From a virus, in IMG/VR virus record IMGVR_UViG_3300050343_000212: a stretch of 64,000 bases of DNA; one strand, 5' to 3'. The position numbers and the translations under genes are program-made. The stretch's first letter is position 1. Each line of letters starts with the position of its first letter. The notes beneath the pieces are model-generated. The model saw nothing but the letters and a program-made list of their open reading frames with translations. It was not told where the DNA came from and did not search any database. Below, piece after piece: positions 38,035-49,380 of this stretch.

Positions 38035-38232
38035 TTATTCAACTTCGCCTTCAAGTTCAGTAGAAACTTCAGTTCCTACCTCTTCTTCGCCACCGTCAAA
38101 AACGGATCCAGCGATATTTGGTCGAATATTCTCAATTTTTCCTGCCGCCTTGGCAAAAAGAATATCTTTAATTGAATCACTAATTTGAGAAGGACTCTCA
38201 TCCTTCACCAACAAGTTCATAAGTTCATCCAT
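38035..38232 (-). CDS. Small acidic prohead-region hypothetical protein
   Basis: 65-aa ORF after gp20 with CTAAATA upstream. Confidence 0.7.
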   Translation of the reverse strand: MDELMNLLVKDESPSQISDSIKDILFAKAAGKIENIRPNIAGSVFDGGEEEVGTEVSTELEGEVE

Positions 38233-38259
38233 AATTATTATTAATAATGTTTTAGTTAT

Positions 38260-39946
38260 TTAGATGTCGCCACCCTTGGGTTTTGGGGTTTCTTCTGCTT
38301 CGGGTTCTTTTGGACCCTCACCACCACCTTCAGCAGTATTCATCTGGCTTTGAAAATCAAGTTCTTGAGATGCCATTTGCATATTCTGAACTTCTTTAGG
38401 ATCGATGATTGTACCATCAGCGATTTCTTTTTTCATCATCTTATCCTGTTCTTCAATCTCAGCATCAGTCTGTCTGAGAACGTTTCTTCTAACATACTCC
38501 TGAGAGTAATACTTACCAACATAAGGTTCAGCTAAACCAGCAAGGTTCAACCTATTCTCAAAAAGTTCTGACTCTTTGAGTTCAGCAGAAGTGGTTATCA
38601 TAGAGGAAGTCATACTGGATGTGATCACCCATGTAAGTTCCAATCCTCAGTTGTAATCAACATTTTTAAGGAGGAGTTGAGTCTTTCAACATGATCACTG
38701 GAACATGTGCTGAGAACCTTTTTCTCATTCTTCCAACAAACTTGGAGAACTTGATCTCATCCCTCAGGATTTCAGAAGAACGACCCTAGTGAGAATCCAC
38801 TATCTCCCTGAAGTCTTGTTTCTGGTACATTCAATGAGCTATATAAGTTTCTTCTGGAAAGTAATTGGATATCAGTAATCTCCCCAAGATTTTGACCACC
38901 AGGAAGTGTGGAGATTTCAGTTCCCTCTACCCCCTTCACGTCTAGGAAGCCAGAAGTCCTCCATCATAGACATATGTTTTTTATCATCTCTAATCTCACC
39001 GGTATTTGCATCATAGACTAAGTTTGTTTCTATAACGCAGTCATTACATCTCTAAGATATTGTTCTGCTTTTACCTTAGGTAGATTTCCTACATCAATAT
39101 AAAAAATTCTACGTTCTGGGGCTCTCGAAAGTCTGTAGATAACCAAGAGCATCTTCAATCATCATCAGTTGATTGAGTGGTTTAATTGATTTGTGTAGCC
39201 AAGACAGAGTTGATCCTTTATTTCTATCTACTAGATCCAGAAGTACAATATGTGACAGAGTCACGGGTCATCTTAACACCCTTTGCACTTCCAGCAGTGA
39301 AGGAACTGGCAATCGAACCTGCCTTTGTATTGCCAGGAGTATAGACAAAATACTCTTCTAGTTCTGGGAAGTTATAACTCTGTGGGTTGTCCCTACCACC
39401 TCTTTCAAGATTGTTCAGTGCATCTTTTGGATTCTTTTTGACTTGACGAATGAACTTCATCTTCGACGCATCAATATACCTCAGTTCCTGAATACCAGCT
39501 GAGGGGTCTTTTTGGTCGATGACCTTATTGTAATATAGTCTTCCGTCGATATACCAGTTGCGGAAGATTTCATGAGCTTTTTTGTCAAAATCAAGAAGTT
39601 CAAGAATATATTTAAACTCTTCCTTGATCTTTTTCTTGATGCCATCACTAGCATTTAAGTTTTGAAGATCAATCGTTACAGGACTATCATTCGTGTCCGC
39701 CACGATCGCTTCATTTACAATATCTTCGATCGCACTATCACACTCAGGATAGAGTGCCATTGAACGATATCTACGAATTAGATCATTTTCATTTTTATAA
39801 ACACCCTCAATATCTACAAAACTGCCATAAAACCCCGAAGAGACGTAGTGGTCCGTACCATCATTATTACTTGGTGGTACTGGAGATACTACACTCTCCG
39901 GGGTCTTTTCATTATCTTCAATTGAGAAACCAAATAATCTCGCCAT
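38260..39946 (-). CDS. gp20: Portal protein gp20 (many frameshifts)
   Basis: MARLFGFSI, YPECDSAI, WYIDGRLYY; manual YRLSRAPERRIFYIDVGNLP and FWLPRREGGRGTEI. Confidence 0.96.
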
Positions 39947-39952
39947 TTCAAG

Positions 39953-39984
39953 TAAATACTAGGATCTATCTCCTAGTATTTATA
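39953..39984. repeat. Perfect 12-bp inverted repeat overlapping the gp20 late promoter
   Basis: TAAATACTAGGA-TCTATC-TCCTAGTATTTA; TATAAATA at 39977-39984. Confidence 0.85.
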
Positions 39985-39993
39985 ACTCAAAAA

Positions 39994-40701
39994 TCACGCA
40001 TCTGCAGTTCCAGTTGCGACAGATTCATCAGTAATGGAACCTGTGTTAGCACCTTCACCAGCTGCGGTCTCATCGGATTCACCAATAGTGAAGTATTGAA
40101 CCTGGAAGGTTACAGTGAATTCTTCAATTGTGTCAGCACTGTCATAACTAAGTGCAATCTCACTGATCTCAGAAGGCCAAATGTCATAGAACTTATAGCT
40201 CCTCAGAACACTGACAGTTCCTGGACTATTCTTATCCGAGAATGCCTTGTTACCACGACCTAGTTGCTTGACATAACCATTGGTCATGTAAGAGGTTGGA
40301 TTAGTAACACCAGTGTTGTCAATTAAGTTCGATACAACATCACTCCACTTCTCAAAAGCGGTTCTCAGAGTAAAGTCCTCATCGTTGATGATGGTGACTG
40401 TCCACTCAGCGAATGTTCTATCACCAGCGACTTTCAGAGTTCTACCTCTAAAAGGAACACTGATTGGATTCACTGTTGAAGCTGGAAGTTGAGCTGCTTT
40501 ACACAAAAACTTAAAGTTTTCTGTATAAGCAGTCCATGGATCTGAGGTATCTGTATCTCCACCTTCGCCACCGCCAGTAGCATCGACCGCACCAGTTAGT
40601 GCTGTTGGAAATGAGGGAATTGATACCTCAAATAGATTGGGACGGGCGCCGCCGCCCGCCAATTGTGTTTTGAAAGATGATAATGTTCTTACTGAAGCCA
40701 T
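39994..40701 (-). CDS. gp19: Tail tube protein gp19
   Basis: GGGARPNLFEV, VPFRGR, AGDRTF, IEEFTVTFQVQY. Confidence 0.96.
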   Translation of the reverse strand: MASVRTLSSFKTQLAGGGARPNLFEVSIPSFPTALTGAVDATGGGEGGDTDTSDPWTAYTENFKFLCKAAQLPASTVNPISVPFRGRTLKVAGDRTFAEWTVTIINDEDFTLRTAFEKWSDVVSNLIDNTGVTNPTSYMTNGYVKQLGRGNKAFSDKNSPGTVSVLRSYKFYDIWPSEISEIALSYDSADTIEEFTVTFQVQYFTIGESDETAAGEGANTGSITDESVATGTADA

Positions 40702-40737
40702 TTTAATTGTTCTCCGTTAGTTTAGTTAATATTATGA

Positions 40738-42525
40738 TCAAACAGTTCCGACTACTTCGGAGAAGTCAACACCAGTTCTGGTGGCAACAAAGGTAAGTGT
40801 GATAAAGTTAATAGACTTGGCAGGTTTCAGGAAGATGTCTGCTCTAAACTCATTGTTATCGATCAGGTCAGGAGTATTATTACTCTCGTCACATTTAACT
40901 GACGAGGTAGTCAATGAGTCCTCTCTTTCGCTTGAACATCACGGAGGTAGGGATCAACAGCGTTCACGAAACCAGATCTTGTAGTCTGGTCGTTGACTTC
41001 AAAGAGTCTTGAATTGGCTGCCTGTTCGATAGTTTTTTCAACCGTCAGGAACAATCTTCTTACGTTTATTCTATCAAAAGCGGAATCATAACCAAGTGCT
41101 GTCTTGTCACCAAACAGAACAATACCAGCACCTGGTTTGTTCATGATTGGATTAATTCTATTACTATAGAGTTGGTCTCTCTGTGTCTTACTTGGGTTGT
41201 AAGCCAACTTGACCGCGTCATTGATAGCTCCTCTTTGGGTACCAGCTGGTGAGAACCAAGGGAAGGATTCAGTGTCAGTTCTAACCATTGCTCCTGCAAC
41301 GTCTGGGTTGCATGGGACGTAGACAAACTGATTATTGAATCTATCAAAAGTATACTTCCAACCACTGTCAAATACAGCGTAGGAGGAAGATGTCAGAGGT
41401 GCATAGAACTCAAGAACGTTCTGTACTTGTGTTGCAGAAAGAGTCTGACCGACAACGTCATCTCTGTGTGGGGAGATAACTGCTATACAATCCTTTCTAG
41501 ACTCGGCAACCTGAATCAGTTTGTTAGCCTTAGCTTGGGAATTGATCTTATCAGGAAGACCGGGACCCATCAGGAGGAAGTCAACAGTAACTTCTGCGTC
41601 ATTCGAGAAGACTTCATAAGAAGTTTGAAGATCTCCAAGTGTTGCTGGGAATCCACTATTTGATGTATAGTTTTGACCACCACCAAGAGTGTATGTCTTA
41701 TTGCCAATGGCTGAGAAACTAATATTTTGTGCTGCTTGTCCCCAAGCTCCACCACCAGCTGTGATTGGTAAAGTTCCAGAACTAAAGTCAATAGCTTTTG
41801 GACTTGTACCTTGAACTGAGTCTTCAGCATTAGAGGGACTATAACCAGCGAAGATATACTTAGAACCGTTAATCAACGCGTTCTTGTAATATGTCCTAGT
41901 TGGTGCTTCACCATCAGCTACAGCATCAGATGCCTTAGAAAGGAAGGTGTGTTTCTCAAGAATATTACCTTGAATACCAGTGACACTACCACTGTCGTCA
42001 ATAACTACAAGGTGGAGTGAGTCACCCGCGCCATTTCTAGAACCAGTATAGTTAGAATCAACTGGTCTGCCAGCGATTGTGTTCCAGAAGATTGGGTTAT
42101 TGGTACCAATTGTTTGTTGATCATACCAGTCAAGTGCTGTTGTAACTGGGGCTGTATAACCGGTTGTAATACCTGTTGAGTTTGTAAAGATTAGTTGATT
42201 AGTTGCAGCGAACGCTCTAGTGGAGTCATTCTTAGCGTACTTAACTTTAGTCTCTGTACCAGCGGTGTCAACTCTCGAAAGAACTCTAACGTCAATCGAA
42301 CTAGAACCACCAGCGTCTGTGGTAACACCAGTAACGATACCTTTAATGTAACCATTGAAAGATGATGTTGTACCAGCACCAGCAATAGCACCAGTGACAG
42401 CGGCTGTAACAGCAGTACCGACGACAACGTTAAGACTACCACCCGGTGCTACAGATTATCAGCTCTTCCTACTGTTAGGTCAACCTCCCTTATCAGAATC
42501 CAGGAGATAATTGAGGAGTCGCCAT
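40738..42525 (-). pseudogene. gp18: Tail sheath gp18 with an N-terminal block deletion (~42455) and frameshifts
   Basis: MATPQLSPGVLIREVDLT; RKDCIAVISP, WFSPAG, FGDKT, RINVRRLF; only ~595 codons. Confidence 0.92.
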
Positions 42526-42604
42526 GTTTTGATTCTCCGTGGTCTCAGTTTATCTTCAAATATTTATTAATAACTGACTTTTCACAGGGGAAACATGACG
42601 TGAA

Positions 42605-42829
42605 TTACCAATCTGGATACTCCCAATCATTAATTGGTGATTTTTTATTCATTAAAATTCTTTTTATTGTACAGTCTTTACATTCGTAAGAGTATGATGA
42701 TACAACAGCGCCTCTATCCTTTCTTGTTCTATAAAATCCATCAATTAAATTTTTATTAAGACCACAAGATCTACATTTTCTATCTTGTAAAAGTAGGTGT
42801 CCAAGTTTAATTTGTCCATCTAAATCCAT
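42605..42829 (-). CDS. Small CxxC...CxxC protein
   Basis: CRSC...CKDC; TAATG overlap with gp17. Confidence 0.65.
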   Translation of the reverse strand: MDLDGQIKLGHLLLQDRKCRSCGLNKNLIDGFYRTRKDRGAVVSSYSYECKDCTIKRILMNKKSPINDWEYPDW

Positions 42830-44478
42830 TATCTATAGTCCCACATAAATGATCATCTCACCATATTCACCAACCGAAGCATTAGACCAACGATCACCTG
42901 AGCATCAACAAAACTATCTTCATCTAATCCATCATTTAAAAATCCAAATGGTGCCATGTCCTGTTCAATTTGATTTTTTTGCTCTTCATATAATCTTTTA
43001 CTAACATCTTGATCAGTCAGTTCTTTAAAGTAATCCATCTGGACTAACCAAGCATAAATGACAAGACACATTGCCAAGTCATCATTACAACCTTCTTCTG
43101 CCTCAAATGAATTATGCTTTGAGATAAATGTTGTTAACTCAGAAATAATCTCATAATCATTAAAGATAAGTTTATCTTCTTCAATAAGAGTTTTAAGATT
43201 AAGTGATCCAACTTTTCTTGACAGTCTTGGACATCTTAACACCAATTGAGTTTTCTTACCAGAAAATCCTTGACCTACAATTTGACCTGCTCTACCTCTC
43301 ATAGAGCACATAAGAAGATTTTGATATTCAAGATCATATTGTAAAATACTTGCAACTTGATCACCAATATCATTTACTTCACATAAGATAAATGCACTAT
43401 TATAACTCTTGCTACTCATAAATGATATAGGGAACAACATTGGTTTAATATCATTATTTCTATATTTTGCAACAATTTTATGAGGAAATTCTGTAATATC
43501 AACAACAACAAAAGCAGAATAGTCTTCACCAACTCCCCTTGCAACGTCAACTGTCATTACATAATCATGATCTTGTTTGGTTTTCATATACATCTAATCC
43601 AGCATTTCTTTGTATTGGATTATCATAGACTAAAGTTCTTAATTTACTTGGAGCAATCAAGAGTATTAACTGATCCTAAAAATTCACATTCAAACTCAAC
43701 TTTAAATTGTGCTTCTGAAGTGTTTGCAATTGTAGTTCTTTCCACTTCTCATCTCTACCAGGAACTTCTGACCAGTGAACATCTGTTGGAATATACTCAT
43801 TTTTACCTTTCTCCGCATCATGCCACATACGGTAGAAGTGATTCATACCGTGTGGAGTGGATACAATAATTACTTTGGTGTTTTTACCAGAAGTAATAGT
43901 AGGATAAACAGATGCAAAGAACGAGTCTGCAACATGGTTTGGAACGAATGCAAATTCGTCGAGGAAGAGGATATTGAACGACATGCCTCGGACAGCACTT
44001 GCAGACGTAGAAGCTGCCAATATCTTACTGCCATTTTCTAACTCCAAGATCCTTTGTTCCATGCAATAATACCCTGCTGCATCCATTTGGGCAAGTTCTC
44101 ATATGCAGTTTGTAATCTTCCTAAAAGTTCTCTAGCAGTCGCTGCTTTGTTAGCAAGGATGCCAATATTAACAGAGTCATTGAATACCGCATAATGAAGA
44201 AGATAAGACACAACTGTAGTACTTTTGCCAGTTTGACGGGGCATTTTACAGATGTTAAATCTATTTCATGAAAATTATTAATTAACTTTTCTTGGAAATG
44301 ATATGGATGAAACTGAGTTAAGACCCTCATCCAGAGAAACAATTTTAATATATTTGTTAGCAAAATATACAGGATCTTCTTTACATCGCATAAACTCAAG
44401 AATTTGTTCTTGAGTAAATTCAATTGCAGTATTTGCTTTTTTTAGATTAGGATTACCAAGATATACATTATCAGGCAT
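42829..44478 (-). CDS. gp17: Terminase large subunit gp17 (several frameshifts)
   Basis: YLGNPNLK, PRQTGKST, LDEFAF, STPHG, DVARG, NDDLAMC. Confidence 0.97.
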
Positions 44479-44484
44479 AATTAA

Positions 44485-45138
44485 TCAACAGTTCCAAGCT
44501 CTAAGTGATTTATTGATTCTGCTATCTGGATCTCTTGCAGTTTTAGCAGAAGTTAATTTCTTCTTCATTCCTTTCATTCTTGCACATGCTTCATCAATAA
44601 CTTCTACTTCAATACCAGCATACTTCATAGCTGCAATCTGAGTCTCAGTGAACTCAGGAAGGTCATAGAAACCTTCAAATCCTTCTTTCTTAGTAGAATT
44701 ACCCCAGTTAGCTGCACCAACCTTACGACACTTCACTAATGCACCTGATGCATAAGCTGAAGGCCATACAGAATAACGAGACTTTACCTTACTGTAACAG
44801 GCGTCTTTAGTCCCACTACCTTTACCTTTCTTATCTGATGCTTCGTTAAAGATTTCTTCTTTCATTTTCTTCTTTGGTTTATCAGTGGAAACGTAGGTTG
44901 GTTTGGCTGCTCCAGACTTTTGTTGTTGTCCAGGATCTTGTCTTGACTTTCTTGTGTCAGCTGATCGAAGTTCTTTCTTCGACATACTAGCTTTCTTAGA
45001 TGAAGAATAACACTTAGGTGTTCCCTTTTCACCAGGTTCATTAGCACAAGGGGAACCATCAGATTGAACCCAACCGGGTTTACCATCTTTTGATTTAGAT
45101 TTACCAAACCAATCTCTAAGTCCCTCTTCGTTAATCAT
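44485..45138 (-). CDS. Late basic modular hypothetical protein
   Basis: 217-aa ORF; TATAAATA at 45159; modules SAYASGALVKCRK and CARM...DPDSRINKSLRAWNC. Confidence 0.7.
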   Translation of the reverse strand: MINEEGLRDWFGKSKSKDGKPGWVQSDGSPCANEPGEKGTPKCYSSSKKASMSKKELRSADTRKSRQDPGQQQKSGAAKPTYVSTDKPKKKMKEEIFNEASDKKGKGSGTKDACYSKVKSRYSVWPSAYASGALVKCRKVGAANWGNSTKKEGFEGFYDLPEFTETQIAAMKYAGIEVEVIDEACARMKGMKKKLTSAKTARDPDSRINKSLRAWNC

Positions 45139-45161
45139 CGCAAATAAAGAGTTTCTTTTAT

Positions 45162-45344
45162 TTATAGTCCAATAATAGTCAAAGGGTTTGAGAACACAGT
45201 GGCTACACCTGTTGTGCTGTCAAACTCAATTCTATTACTTTCATAATCCAAAGTTTTCATGTCTCCCAACTCAATACCATCACTGGCAATTCCAATATTG
45301 CCACCACCACCAGAACCATTGATTTCACTGATTAGTTTAGGCAT
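45162..45344 (-). CDS. Small hypothetical protein
   Basis: 60-aa ORF with TGATG overlap. Confidence 0.55.
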   Translation of the reverse strand: MPKLISEINGSGGGGNIGIASDGIELGDMKTLDYESNRIEFDSTTGVATVFSNPLTIIGL

Positions 45345-45676
45345 CAGTTTGCAGTCTCCAATACTGAAAGAAGAACTTTAAGTGTGCTATTAGCTCCAGC
45401 ACTTGCTTTGACAGAATCATTGGTCTGAAGAACCAATTTGCCGTCGAGAGGGATGAAAGCATCATTGACTGGTACAGTAGCACCTTTGATGATTTCAGTT
45501 GTAGTGGAACTTCTAACATGTGACATGGTCACTGTTGTAGAATCACTCGCAACATTTGTGATATGTGCATAAAGAACAATACCGGTATATCCAGTCGGTG
45601 CAGTGTAGACTGTCTGATCAGATGTGGTCAGTACAATCGTTTCTGTCTTGAATCTATTAAGTGCTAACTGTGCCAT
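45344..45676 (-). CDS. Hypothetical beta-rich virion-type protein
   Basis: 110-aa ORF abutting neighbours. Confidence 0.7.
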   Translation of the reverse strand: MAQLALNRFKTETIVLTTSDQTVYTAPTGYTGIVLYAHITNVASDSTTVTMSHVRSSTTTEIIKGATVPVNDAFIPLDGKLVLQTNDSVKASAGANSTLKVLLSVLETAN

Positions 45677-48600
45677 TTAACTAAGTGCTAGAATGAAAGG
45701 GGTCATTTCTGAGAACAGACTTTTGGAGAATGCTCTTCCACTAATCGTTCCTGTTGATTGATTAATCTGGAACTCATCACCAATTCTGAAATTACCAGAC
45801 TGATCGGTACTGGTGTAAATCACACTACCTCCATTTTGAGTTACAACTTCATTTGCTTGAATTGTAACACCACCTCTCTTGGGTGTTGCTGATGTAATAT
45901 CGTTGCCGGAACCAATATACTCAAAAGTATGAGAACTGGCGATAATCTTACTCTGTTGGAAGAAGTATGTTGTAGATCCTACCCCAACAGTGTTGAGTAG
46001 ATTTTCAGCAAGAGTTAATGTAGTAATCCCAGCAGTAATGGGAGTTGAGCTATTTATCGTGTAATAGGTATCTGCCATAACTGCTGTTGCAGTGGCGGTT
46101 GTACCTGTATCTGGAGCAGAGATAGTTACAGTAGCAGTTCCTGTATATTGACTTCCACTACTAATGATATCAATTTCAGTTACTGTACCATTTTCTATTG
46201 TGACGAATGCTGTTGCCACTTCTCCATTTGGACCTGTGGGAGATGATATAGTTACAGAAGGTGTACTTGTATATCCACTACCACCAGATGTAATTGTAAT
46301 GGTTTCTACAGACTTGTAAAGTTGATCAAAATAAACAATTTGACCATCGTATGGTCTAGTAGTAACACCACCTAGATTGACAACAATATTATCTTGTCCA
46401 ACATTGCCACTTGAAGTTACAGTACCAATAAACTGTTGATTACTTACACCATCCGCAACCAAACCGAAAGTGCCAAAACTACAGTTACTATTTGCCAGGT
46501 CTGCTTGACCACCTTTATGGACTGTTATAGCTTCGTTACAACAAATAGTGAATACTGAAACTAATTGTGCATATCCCTGATTAGTAATAGCAACACCAAC
46601 ACCACCTTGATTATATTGTGTAAAGGCATCAACATTCATTGACTTAGTCAAGACAGCCTTATCACCATCAACCCTGATACCAGTTCCAGTAGTGGTGTCA
46701 CTAGTACAGTTCTGGATGTATGGACCTTTCCACTTACCACCACCAACATTAGTAGCACCAGCTGTTGGGAATGCAACTGCAGATGAAGGAGCCAAGTGAC
46801 CGGAGAAGGTCATATTAGCCAACTTACATCCTTTATTAACATGGAACAGATCTTGAGTTGTACTACTTGGTAAGACTTTTACAGTTCTTTGATCATCACC
46901 AACTACTGCTACAAAAGCTGGAAGTGTGATAGGATTATTCTCAACATAATTACCAGACAAAACCTTGATAACTGAACCTGACTGAGCCACACCAACAGCT
47001 CCGGCAATAGTCAGTTTAGCGTTATCAATTGATGTTCCATTATTGGAATCATTACCATCTTTAGCAACATAGAAAACATTGGGTGCTGAGTTGATACCAG
47101 TTGCACCAGAATTAATGGTAACATTTGGACCAATCTCAATATTAGAATTGGAGATAGTAACAATACCAACACCAATTGTTTCATTGTTACCATCGATGGT
47201 AACTGATGCTGTACCAATAGTAAGGATTCCAGTAATTCTTGCGTCACCTCTTACCAAAAGGGCAGTGGCCGCTGTTCCTGCATTGACTTCAAGACCACTT
47301 CTGAATGTTGAAAGTCCGAGAGAATCTACATGTTTTACATCATCATATGTGATAGTTCCAGCAACATTCACATTTGTGAAGTTACCAGTTGTCATTGTGA
47401 TAGCAATACCACTAATGAAACTTGTTTGAGCTATTCCAGCACCACCAAAGGCAGTACTAGCAATACCAACCCACTTGGAGTTAGCCTGATCATAAATCAG
47501 TAGTTTGTTATCTCCTGTTGATGCATCAAACGAAACATCATCAAGATCTTTTATAAATCCTGCTCCACCACCACCCATAGTGGAGAGTTGAGTGGTGATT
47601 CTAGATAAGAACAACCTGTAATGAGTAGACAGATCCTCCAGTGTCGCAAAGTTCTGATTAATAGGTGTCAGTGGGTCAATCTGACCACCGGCTCTTTCTT
47701 TTTCTTCTGGAGGTTCGTTGAGAAGATAGTTTTCTTTTAGTTCAGTTTGTTCAGTTTTGATTAAAGAAGCGATTTTAGATAACTCTTTCAGTTCTTTTCT
47801 AAGAGAAAGAATATCACTATCAATTCTTGAGACATCCTCATCGTAGTATTTTACTTCAGGGAGTGCATCAACAGTCCCCTTCAGATCAGTAAAGAACTTG
47901 AGAATAGACTCATCTGCCTTAACACTCTGTTCGTTAATCTTCTCAATCTGCCCTTCAAGGGACTGTTTGAGTTTATTCTGTTCACTAAGAACAGATTTTC
48001 TTAACTTTTTATCATCATCTTTAAATGTATTACGAAGTTCCCAGATTCTAATAGAAGTTTCTTTTATCTCTTTATAGATTTTATCCTTAGTTTCTGTGAT
48101 TCTATCGTTTGTTTGATCAAGATTGTCCCCAAGGTTTTTTACATCAACTTTAAATTCAAATTCTTTAACCTCAAGAGACTCATTTAGTTCATTAACCTCA
48201 CGATTAATCTTCTCTTTGATTATATCAATATGCCCTTGTACTTTGCAGAAGTCATCATCGATGAGACTGAAAGTTTTACCAATCCAAGAGAAGTCTGGGA
48301 CTTCCTGAACTTCCTGAATCCAGTCAGGGAAGGTTGGAATAGCCTCATTTACCTGTTCAATTCTTGATTTGAGAGATTCAAGATCCTCTTCATAGTATTT
48401 TACTTCTGGAAGACTTTTTATTTCTTCCTTAATGTCGATAATTTTATCATAAATTGAGTTAATGTCATGGTCATAGTACTTGACCGTAGGAATTTTTGAC
48501 TCAATTTCAAATAATTTACCCTCAAATTCTTCACTTTGAACACTTAGGACATCAATTTTATCTGTCTTTGCATAATTTGATTGAATTTGTTCAATTTGAG

Positions 48601-48904
48601 CACTAATTTCCGCTAATTGCTCATCATAATACCTAATTTCAGGTATTTCTGGAATATCTTTTCTTACATCATTGACTAAACGGACCAATTCCGACCATTC
48701 TGGAACCTGAACAACGTCAGTTACTTCTAGAAATGATTCTCCATCGGAATTTTCGATGGTCTGTGTCTCTTCCTCTACAGTTTTTTCAAGAAAATCTTCG
48801 ACTGAGGGCAGATTTTCTTCTTTAAATTCTTCTACTGACGGTAAATTCTCAGGATCTTCTATGAAATCCCTATAAGAAGGTAAATTATTATTATCACGCG
48901 ACAT
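45677..48904 (-). CDS. Large structural/fibre-like protein: acidic coiled-coil N-half, beta-helix-like C-half
   Basis: 1075-aa intact ORF; four P(E/T)(V/I)(K/R)YY(D/E) repeats; YVAKDGNDSNNG...LTIAGA pectin-lyase-like entry motif. Confidence 0.65.
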   Translation of the reverse strand: MSRDNNNLPSYRDFIEDPENLPSVEEFKEENLPSVEDFLEKTVEEETQTIENSDGESFLEVTDVVQVPEWSELVRLVNDVRKDIPEIPEIRYYDEQLAEISAQIEQIQSNYAKTDKIDVLSVQSEEFEGKLFEIESKIPTVKYYDHDINSIYDKIIDIKEEIKSLPEVKYYEEDLESLKSRIEQVNEAIPTFPDWIQEVQEVPDFSWIGKTFSLIDDDFCKVQGHIDIIKEKINREVNELNESLEVKEFEFKVDVKNLGDNLDQTNDRITETKDKIYKEIKETSIRIWELRNTFKDDDKKLRKSVLSEQNKLKQSLEGQIEKINEQSVKADESILKFFTDLKGTVDALPEVKYYDEDVSRIDSDILSLRKELKELSKIASLIKTEQTELKENYLLNEPPEEKERAGGQIDPLTPINQNFATLEDLSTHYRLFLSRITTQLSTMGGGGAGFIKDLDDVSFDASTGDNKLLIYDQANSKWVGIASTAFGGAGIAQTSFISGIAITMTTGNFTNVNVAGTITYDDVKHVDSLGLSTFRSGLEVNAGTAATALLVRGDARITGILTIGTASVTIDGNNETIGVGIVTISNSNIEIGPNVTINSGATGINSAPNVFYVAKDGNDSNNGTSIDNAKLTIAGAVGVAQSGSVIKVLSGNYVENNPITLPAFVAVVGDDQRTVKVLPSSTTQDLFHVNKGCKLANMTFSGHLAPSSAVAFPTAGATNVGGGKWKGPYIQNCTSDTTTGTGIRVDGDKAVLTKSMNVDAFTQYNQGGVGVAITNQGYAQLVSVFTICCNEAITVHKGGQADLANSNCSFGTFGLVADGVSNQQFIGTVTSSGNVGQDNIVVNLGGVTTRPYDGQIVYFDQLYKSVETITITSGGSGYTSTPSVTISSPTGPNGEVATAFVTIENGTVTEIDIISSGSQYTGTATVTISAPDTGTTATATAVMADTYYTINSSTPITAGITTLTLAENLLNTVGVGSTTYFFQQSKIIASSHTFEYIGSGNDITSATPKRGGVTIQANEVVTQNGGSVIYTSTDQSGNFRIGDEFQINQSTGTISGRAFSKSLFSEMTPFILALS

Positions 48905-48949
48905 GTCAGTTATTAGTAAGAATACTTTGGGATTTCTCTCCCGTTCTTA

Positions 48950-49372
48950 CTATTTATCATTAGTATTTTTCTTCAATAACTTTTGAAGTTCAGCTGTTGA
49001 ACCAACAAAAAGTGCATTATTAACAGTGGTTGGACCCTTAAGATCTTTTTCATCCTCCACATCTTTCAACTTCTGTTGTAATGTGAGAAGTTTGTCGGTA
49101 GCATCAGCTACGTTCTTGATCAATTGACCGGCAACTTCATATGCTCTAGGCATCTCACTCTCCTGTGCCAACTCAAGAATACCATTAATAGCCTCTTGCC
49201 CCTTTTCAATGATGGAATAAAGGTTACCTCTTGTGTATTCGTAGTCTTTTCTGATATCTTCAGAGTCAGTTTTTATTTTCTCAATCTTTGAACTAGTGAT
49301 ATTCCTTTGAACTTCTACCTCAACAGATTCAACGTTGAAAGTTTCATCCAGTTTTTCATACTTATCAGTCAT
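48950..49372 (-). CDS. gp16: Terminase small subunit gp16
   Basis: DYEYTRGNLY, PRAYEVAGQLIK, NNALFVGST.EL. Confidence 0.93.
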   Translation of the reverse strand: MTDKYEKLDETFNVESVEVEVQRNITSSKIEKIKTDSEDIRKDYEYTRGNLYSIIEKGQEAINGILELAQESEMPRAYEVAGQLIKNVADATDKLLTLQQKLKDVEDEKDLKGPTTVNNALFVGSTAELQKLLKKNTNDK

Positions 49373-49380
49373 ATATTACC

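Noticed and set aside
34649-44478. Programmed frameshifting in gp17, gp18, gp20, gp22 and gp23
   Set aside because: The shifts are too numerous, lie at arbitrary or homopolymer sites, and lack slippery-site-plus-structure signals; sequencing error is far more likely.
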